A DNA stretch of 64,000 nucleotides, taken from the NCBI GenBank assembly GCA_976226885.1, contig OZ320316.1:107818001-107882000 (forward strand), read 5' to 3'. The position numbers and the translations under genes are program-made. How positions within the stretch are numbered: position 1 is the first letter of the stretch; every line of letters starts with the position of its first letter. Shown here piece by piece: positions 57,378 through 64,000 of this stretch. The notes below the pieces were generated by a model. The model searched no databases. It was not told the DNA's origin and was given only the letters and a program-made list of their open reading frames with translations. Source of the stretch: Iphione sp. A-MEVVRFRX5. Taxonomy: Eukaryota.

Positions 57378-60238
57378 GTACGAAGGTCGGCCAGACATAT
57401 GTATAAATCATTTAGAAATTCACTTCATGTCCCCTATGTACGGTAGCATCTAACAACAATTATAAAGTGAAATATTTCCAGGAAGAGATGTAGTGTCTCA
57501 TCTTAATCTCAACATCTACATGAACCAAACATGTGTGCAATTTGCAAGCAAATGAAATGTATGCTTCATTATCGGGGCAATGTGACTTGGGAGTATGTAC
57601 ATATTTTTAATCATGTAAACCTCAAGCAAATATTGATGTACAATAGGCTATCTCAAAATTTCTACTTTGTAACATCTACCAATCTCTGTGTAACCCTACT
57701 CATCATCTTGAACCTCAAGACCAGGTACAGAGGAATAATGTATGTATATGACAGTGAGTTGCCCATCGAGACAAATTACGTGCTTCCTCTTTCCCAGGTG
57801 TATTATGTATCCATGCATGAACTGTGCATGTTAACCTATCCCAAGAGAAAGAAGTAATGATGCACAGTCATGGAGCAACCTGTGGCTGAAATAAAGTGGA
57901 TGTGTGGCCCAACACTTAGTTTATGTTCATCAAACGATCTGAATTAGTGTTTCAAAATGTTGTAATCAGTTATGAGTTCTTTGGTAATTAAATTTGTAAC
58001 TCAATGTGCCCTTGTGTTGTTCTTCACTTCTTAGGTTTTTTTCTTGTACCTGTACTGATCAAACCGAGGGGAGTGCCAGGTTGGGAAGCAATTGCGCTTA
58101 CTGTTTAGGCACAGATGGACCTGACATTGCTTTACCATGAAGGATATAGCATACGTGACAGTTGCGTCGGAGAGGGCTGTACTGGGGATCGTGTGGCCCG
58201 GAAAGATCCATGCTCTTTTTCTTCCTGATAGCTGGAAGGTAAATCGGTGGGCCTTCGTCATCCTGGATTCTCGCTAGTTGCCTTACCAGCTCCTCTCTGA
58301 AATCGATGTGTGTATAACCTGAAAGGTGTAAGGGCAGGTCTTGATGCAGACAGCAGTGAACTGTGATATTAGAAGCTTGATTAAATCTGTGCACTTAATT
58401 GACATGTTTCATATTTCTCATGTGTAAAATTCAGATGGAAGAAGAGTACTGACCAGCACAATGAACAAGGCCCAGTACCTCGGGGTGAGCAGCCTTCCAT
58501 TGCTTGAATAGAAGAAAACTATAACGTGGAAAAAAGCGTTTTCCACCACTTGGTTGATTTCTGAAGGCATGTGTATGACTGTATCATCTGGTCGGCAAGG
58601 TCGACGCCGCCCATGAATCGGTTGTATGAGTGAATACATCTTGGGATTCTGGTGAGCTTGTGTTGATAGGATTCGTCTTTAGATTTCCCGTTCCTGATGA
58701 CAAGAACATGGCTGTCTCCTCTGTGCATCATACTGATCATATTAACGATACGTTTGTCAAACCACTGCAAAACCAAGACATCTTCTTGAAGAACATAACA
58801 CATGTCCCCTGCCTTCACTTTCTTGGGCCATTCTTTGCCTTTCAGGACCTGTAAACACAGTTAGGTCATCTTCAACACTATGGATTGAAAGTTGACGAAA
58901 CCGTCTTTAGTCTAACTCGATGTAGTGCTATTCATAAACAAGGCCAAATATCAATGCTGAACTAATTGCATATTCTATGGTAAAACTTACAATTGGGAAG
59001 CCTTGACGCCAAGGCTGCATGGTGCCACACATCAGAGTGCCAACCTCCAACAAGTATTTGGCCAGCTAGAATGATGAGAAGAAGTTGTCACAAAATACCA
59101 TGTACCCCTGATGTAGGTATGGTTTCATCAAAGATGTGATGACATCGAATCCCAATCCATGAGAGCTTCGCTCACAACTGCGGTCAATATACACACTGAA
59201 AATTGTCATGAGAAGACATGTTAGCCATTATGTATTGGATGTATTTCAAAGCCACAAGCTGAATAACTCAACGTTATAAATTTTTCATTCCCATTATTTT
59301 AGCCCATTGCAAACTACATACTGTGATGGCTCATTTATATTCTCACTCACCTGAAATTGAATGTGTAGCCTGTCTCTGCATCGCAGAGACACCACAGTAA
59401 CCAAACCTCGTATGTTTGCTTGGCATGTATTGTTGGATAGGTGATCGTTGTTTTGAACGCACCATTCTCTCATCAATGGAAACTGTCTGCCTGGGTTGGA
59501 AATACTTCTTGTTGGCAGCACTCAGGTGATCGAGTAGGGGTCGGATTTTAGACAATTTATCATTTTCATCCTCCTCCCCAGGCTTTGAGACATGCAACAT
59601 GGCGTTAATGGCTTTAAATCTATAATATAGATTAAATCAAAATAATATATATTAACAAGTTTCAAAACAAACATTCACATGACAGGAACATATTCAAACC
59701 TCAAAACATCTACCATAAATTAATACACATGTACGCCCTTGCATTCGAATCATCATATTCTGAGTTTATCAGTCATAGCATACCTGTTCCTTGACAAGAA
59801 CCGTCGTGACCATCCCCCTGGATAGAGAGTGGCCTGTGACCAGTTTCTCTCTAAGTCACGCCTGCCATCTAATCCATGAAATATTATAAGAGCAATTAAT
59901 TGCTTCATTACCTGTAGGGAGGCTTCGTTCCAAGCTCTGTCTCTTCGATTGCCATATGATGGCTTATCAAGGATATGGAGCCACCCATATAAGTTTGTGT
60001 TGTCCACAACAGCCTGTAAAATGAATGGGTGCCTTTCTTACAACCATGCAGGATGGATTAGAATGCAAGATGAGCCAATGGTAATATTACAGTAAAATGT
60101 AATCCTGCGACATCAAAGTGTTTCTTAAGGATATGCATCATTACCTGCAATACATCTGGCATGAAGAGCCCAAAGAAGTCAATGGCTTTGGTGAATTTGT
60201 TTTTTCCAGTACGTATGATTCGATCCACCAGATGGGGT

Positions 60239-60376
60239 CAGGGCAATTAAGGGCGTTTGTCAAGAATGGTCCCCTGCCATAGTCACTCTCACCTCGGGGC
60301 GGGACTTCGTCCCAGCCCCTCGGTGAGAGTGACTCTGTCAGGGGACCATTCTTTCCAAACGCCCTTAATTGCCCTG
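60239..60376. repeat. 138-nt near-perfect palindrome/hairpin
   Basis: 60239-60293 pairs with 60322-60376 (4 mismatches). Inner stem GGGGC-GGGAC/GTCCC-A-GCCCC with a TTC loop. Confidence 0.95.
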
Positions 60377-60816
60377 TTCTAAAACTCTAACGGTGAAAGT
60401 CTGTATTGAAACTAAGACAAAGCGAGATATTCTGTCAATGGACAGAGTTACTCTTAACAAACGTTTTTCATTGGATATTGATTTTCATTCATTCATTCGA
60501 AAAGTAAACAAACAAAATGGCGGATGATATGTCGATTCAAAAAGAAAAAAAGACTAAACGTTAAATATATGCCATTAAAAGATAATTAAATAACTTCGGC
60601 AATATAAAAAGGAGCAGCAGGTCATTCTGAGAACAATATACCGTAGATAAACCAATATATGAGGAAAAATCAATTTTACATGACAAGCAGACGAAGACAT
60701 GAACGAACGAAATGGAAATGAATGCTATTGGCTAAAATCGATCACATGTCATCGATAATCAATAATGATTGGTGGAAACATTTGTTGACAAGCTGAAACG
60801 TCAGCAGGGCATCACG

Positions 60817-62643
60817 ATGGGGCGTTTTCGCCAAGGTGAATATTGCAAATTCGAGGGTAATGTCTACAAAGTCTTACTCAAGTTTCAACCAACTCATTAC
60901 CCATACTTTCTGTATCAAATACAGAGCATTGCAACTGGTGATATTCGCAATGTAGGCAGTCACCTCCTCGAAAAAATGGATTGGCAGCCGCAGACAGATT
61001 TCCAGATTGAATCATTTGATATTCCGACAGAAGTCTACGAAATATCATTCAAATCTGACAATGAAGAAATCGAAGCTACGCAGGCCTATGGTATTCCTGA
61101 TGACAACATCCAAGCCCGTGATGTTGAACCAACTCAAGCATACGAGGAAAGAAGAAGGAGCCCACCAAAGGATCCTCGTTTCAAGCGTCCGTCACCAGAG
61201 GAATTGGAAGCTGTGAAAAAGGCAAGAAACTCGAAAAAAAAAGAACAGCAAACAAAATGGGCGACAAAGTTATTCAGAGGTATTAAAAAAAATAATTTAG
61301 CTGAAACACATATCAGTTTTCGTTAATAAGACATAGTACCGGTACATATCTTACATTATTCTTAAAATTGCCTTGGTGTATTTCGTACAGGGTGGCTTGC
61401 TGCAGTGAACTACGATGCGGACTTCGAGAACGAAGCACCATCCGTTTTAGCTCAACGCCTTGAAGAATTCTACGCCAGCATCAAAACAGCAGAAAATAAC
61501 GACTACAGTCGCAGTGGGTTAAAAAACCTCCGTGCTGGGATTCAAAGGCACTTAGTATCGCCTCCATTCAACCGTAACATCAACATCGTAGCTGACCGTG
61601 AGTTCAGAACCGCCAATTTAGCGTATGAAGGACGATTAGCTAAGTTGCGTAAAGATGGAAATGACAAGGCTCAGCATAAGTTATTGATTGAGAAAGAGGA
61701 TGTCGAGAAATTATATTCCACTGTTTTTGTTCACACGCCAATAGGCTTACAACGTCAAGTTTTCTTCAACGTCGTCCTCCATTTTGGACGACGTGGAAGA
61801 GAAGGTTTACGTGAGTTAACTAAAAATTCGTTTGTTGTCTCTAAAGATTCTCAGGGTACTGAATTCGTGGCTATGTCAGCTGTAGAATGTGAGAAAACTA
61901 GGCAGGGAGTGAAGGAGGAGGATGACATCACAAACAAACGCATGTATGCTAATGCTTCCCATCCAGACAGGTGCCCTGTAAGGGCCTTCAAAGAATATGT
62001 AACGAGGTTGCACCCCGACAATATGTACTTTTTTCAGCGACCAAAAAGGAATTATAATCCGCACGAGATGATTTGGTTTGACAACATGGTGTTGGGGTGC
62101 AACACGCTCTATAACATGATGAAGGTTATGTCTAAAGAGGCATCCTTAAGCAAAATATATACAAACCACTGCATAAGGCGGACGGTTGTAACTGTTCTGG
62201 ATCATGTGGGATATTCAAATGCAAACATCCAATCTGTAACGGGACACAAAAGCGAAAAAAGTCTTGTTCCTTACCTCGGGGGTCCTTCTACCACGTGCAG
62301 AAAAAACATGTCTAATCTGTTATCTGATTACGGCAACGAAAAAGCAGTACAGCGTTTGCCATCTTCAACGATTTCAAAACCATTGGAAGGTTGTTGTACA
62401 GGTGAAAAAAATGAACAGCATGTTGCAATCGAGATGGGGAATCCATCCACGCTTGATGTTTGTAATGATGAGGTGGTAGTTCAATCGAAAGAAATTGCTG
62501 AAGTCGCTTCAACTTTGTCACAAGAAAACGTTACCTTGACACAGGTTACTATGTCAAAGGAAGAAGTAGTTCCTGCAATGTTCTCAGGCAAAACGACCTT
62601 ACATAATTGCACAATTAATTTCAATTGTATTTCCAAGAAGTAA
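60817..62643 (+). CDS. Tyrosine recombinase (DUF3504/Crypton-like), 2 exons (60817-61279, 61391-62643), about 571 aa
   Basis: A GT-AG intron joins in frame (TKLFRG|WLAAVNY). Catalytic set: FGRRGRE (R), EKTRQG (K), NHCIRRT (HxxR), TGHKSEKSLVPY (H…Y). Confidence 0.88.
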
Positions 62644-64000
62644 TTCTGAGTTGATGTGCATGCCTTCCCGCTGTTTAATGCGTCATAAAAAAAAAATTAT
62701 CCGGTACCGTTTTTCTACCGAGAGTAACTGCATAACAATTGTTCTTGTATACACAAAACAGCTAAAACGAGGAATTTACAGAATATGTGTGATTGTTACA
62801 TTGAATAAAAACCTGTTCATGTTTAAATCAGAAAAAACTTGTTTTTTCATTAAGTCTCGTTCAAAAAAAACAGAGCGTGACTTCAGATATAAACAAGACG
62901 CCATATTGAAATGATATTTGCAAGCGGACGAAAAAAGTAAGCAGATAAGCTTAAAATTACATTGACTTAATGTTCAAACTCGAATTATTATTAATAAAAT
63001 AACCAAAATATGCTATGATACAACAGTTTTCGTTTTTAGAACCGCGATTAAGTGCGTTTGTCAAGAATGGTCCCCTGCCATAGTGGAACAGTGGCGGGTT
63101 TGAATTTCCTCATAGGTGGCTGCACATCAGGGTCGTCAAATGATGAAAATCGAGAAAATAATTTTATTGAAATGATCACCCATATTAAGATCTTTACTTC
63201 ATAGTATTAATCTAATCTTAAAATATAGCAAAAAACATGTATACAAGCTGTAAATCATAGAAATATTTATGGCATTGTGGGTATACACCGTCATGACGTT
63301 GCAAACGTCACACGCCGAGTGGCGTCATGCGCTTAGCAGACGACAACAGCTACAATAAGGTAAATAATGTACAATCAAGCTCATTCTCATCACAAATCTT
63401 CTTCCCCAATCGACAAAAAGTTCCTTTTTAACATTTCTGCTATTCTCAATTTTAATTTAGTGTTGTAACAGTTATTCACAACATTCAGAAAGATAAAATT
63501 GACCTACGCACCTGACGTTCTGCCATGAAGCTCCACTCTTGGAGCTATCACTCAACCCTTCGTCTCCAAATCATACAAATCCTTGGCTAATCCTCCTGAA
63601 ATCTCTTCATTCAGTGCATCCTCTTCATCCTCAGACATCCCTACACTTCCTATAGCATCTACTACATGTACATTGTAGCCTTTTGCAATTAATTCACGGG
63701 CCTGTAAGGCCGTGCTCCTCTGAGGACGAGACATGTTGGTGACAGAAACATACACAAACACAAGTGCGGGACTGTTGTACAGTTGAATCTCTATTTACGA
63801 CCACATTGATTTCCGACCATTGTCAATTTAAGACCACTTTAGTTGGGGCACAAAAATATGAATTTCTATACATCTGATACTCTATTGTGGGCGGAGTTAG
63901 CGGAGTAGCGGAGTTAGCGGAGTTTGAGGCGGAGTGTCTAGACTCCAGGCAGAGTTTTACAGTTCCTATAAATATCGCTTCAGGGCGGAGATCGTGGTCA

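Larger units (their letters stand above)
60239..63084 (+). mobile_element. Crypton-type tyrosine-recombinase DNA transposon
   Basis: A YR gene flanked by 41-bp repeats. The piggyBac frames on both sides (…FKPATVP / PHLVDRIIRT…) abut the boundaries. Confidence 0.8.
58031..63734 (-). pseudogene. piggyBac-type transposase pseudogene with introns, interrupted by the Crypton element
   Basis: Contains AIDFFGLF, FLSRNRY, DKLSKIRPL…SIDERMV, WFDKR…YNRFMGGVDLADQ…KWWKTLF, DFREELVRQL and CHVC…CQVHLC…RNCFPTWH. The N-terminal exon MSRPQR…SEDEED at about 63550-63734 is a less certain assignment. Confidence 0.85.

Overview
This is animal genomic DNA (GT-AG introns, no prokaryotic features), most likely from an invertebrate. 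It consists almost entirely of nested transposable elements, with no confident host gene. From left to right: (1) a decayed minus-strand Ty3/gypsy element with a tRNA-His PBS and an extra leader ORF; (2) a Q-rich repeat next to an assembly gap; (3) three divergent CR1/L2-group LINEs (A on +, B on - and nested inside A with a 9-bp TSD, C on -) plus decayed relatives. All three LINEs share an unusual three-ORF layout: ORF1 (coiled coil + RRM-like region + C-terminal NADAR/YbiA-like domain), a stand-alone SGNH-hydrolase ORF, and APE-RT. (4) MADF, Penelope (two minimal hammerhead-ribozyme motifs), env-like, MULE and DUF4806-like remnants; (5) a 3.3-kb Harbinger derivative with TIRs and a TTA TSD; (6) a young 11,160-bp gypsy element (903-bp LTRs, GTAC TSD, tRNA-Leu PBS). 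Its 4.9-kb accessory region holds a C2H2 zinc-finger ORF, a spliced antisense gene, and a cluster of a 14-bp palindrome (CTGYGGNNCCRCAG) that is also arrayed in its LTR U3. (7) A piggyBac pseudogene interrupted by an apparently intact Crypton-type tyrosine-recombinase element with a 138-nt terminal hairpin. The best candidates for novel systems are the NADAR+SGNH three-ORF LINEs and the apparently self-regulating gypsy accessory module. All domain calls are motif recognition by eye, not database searches.
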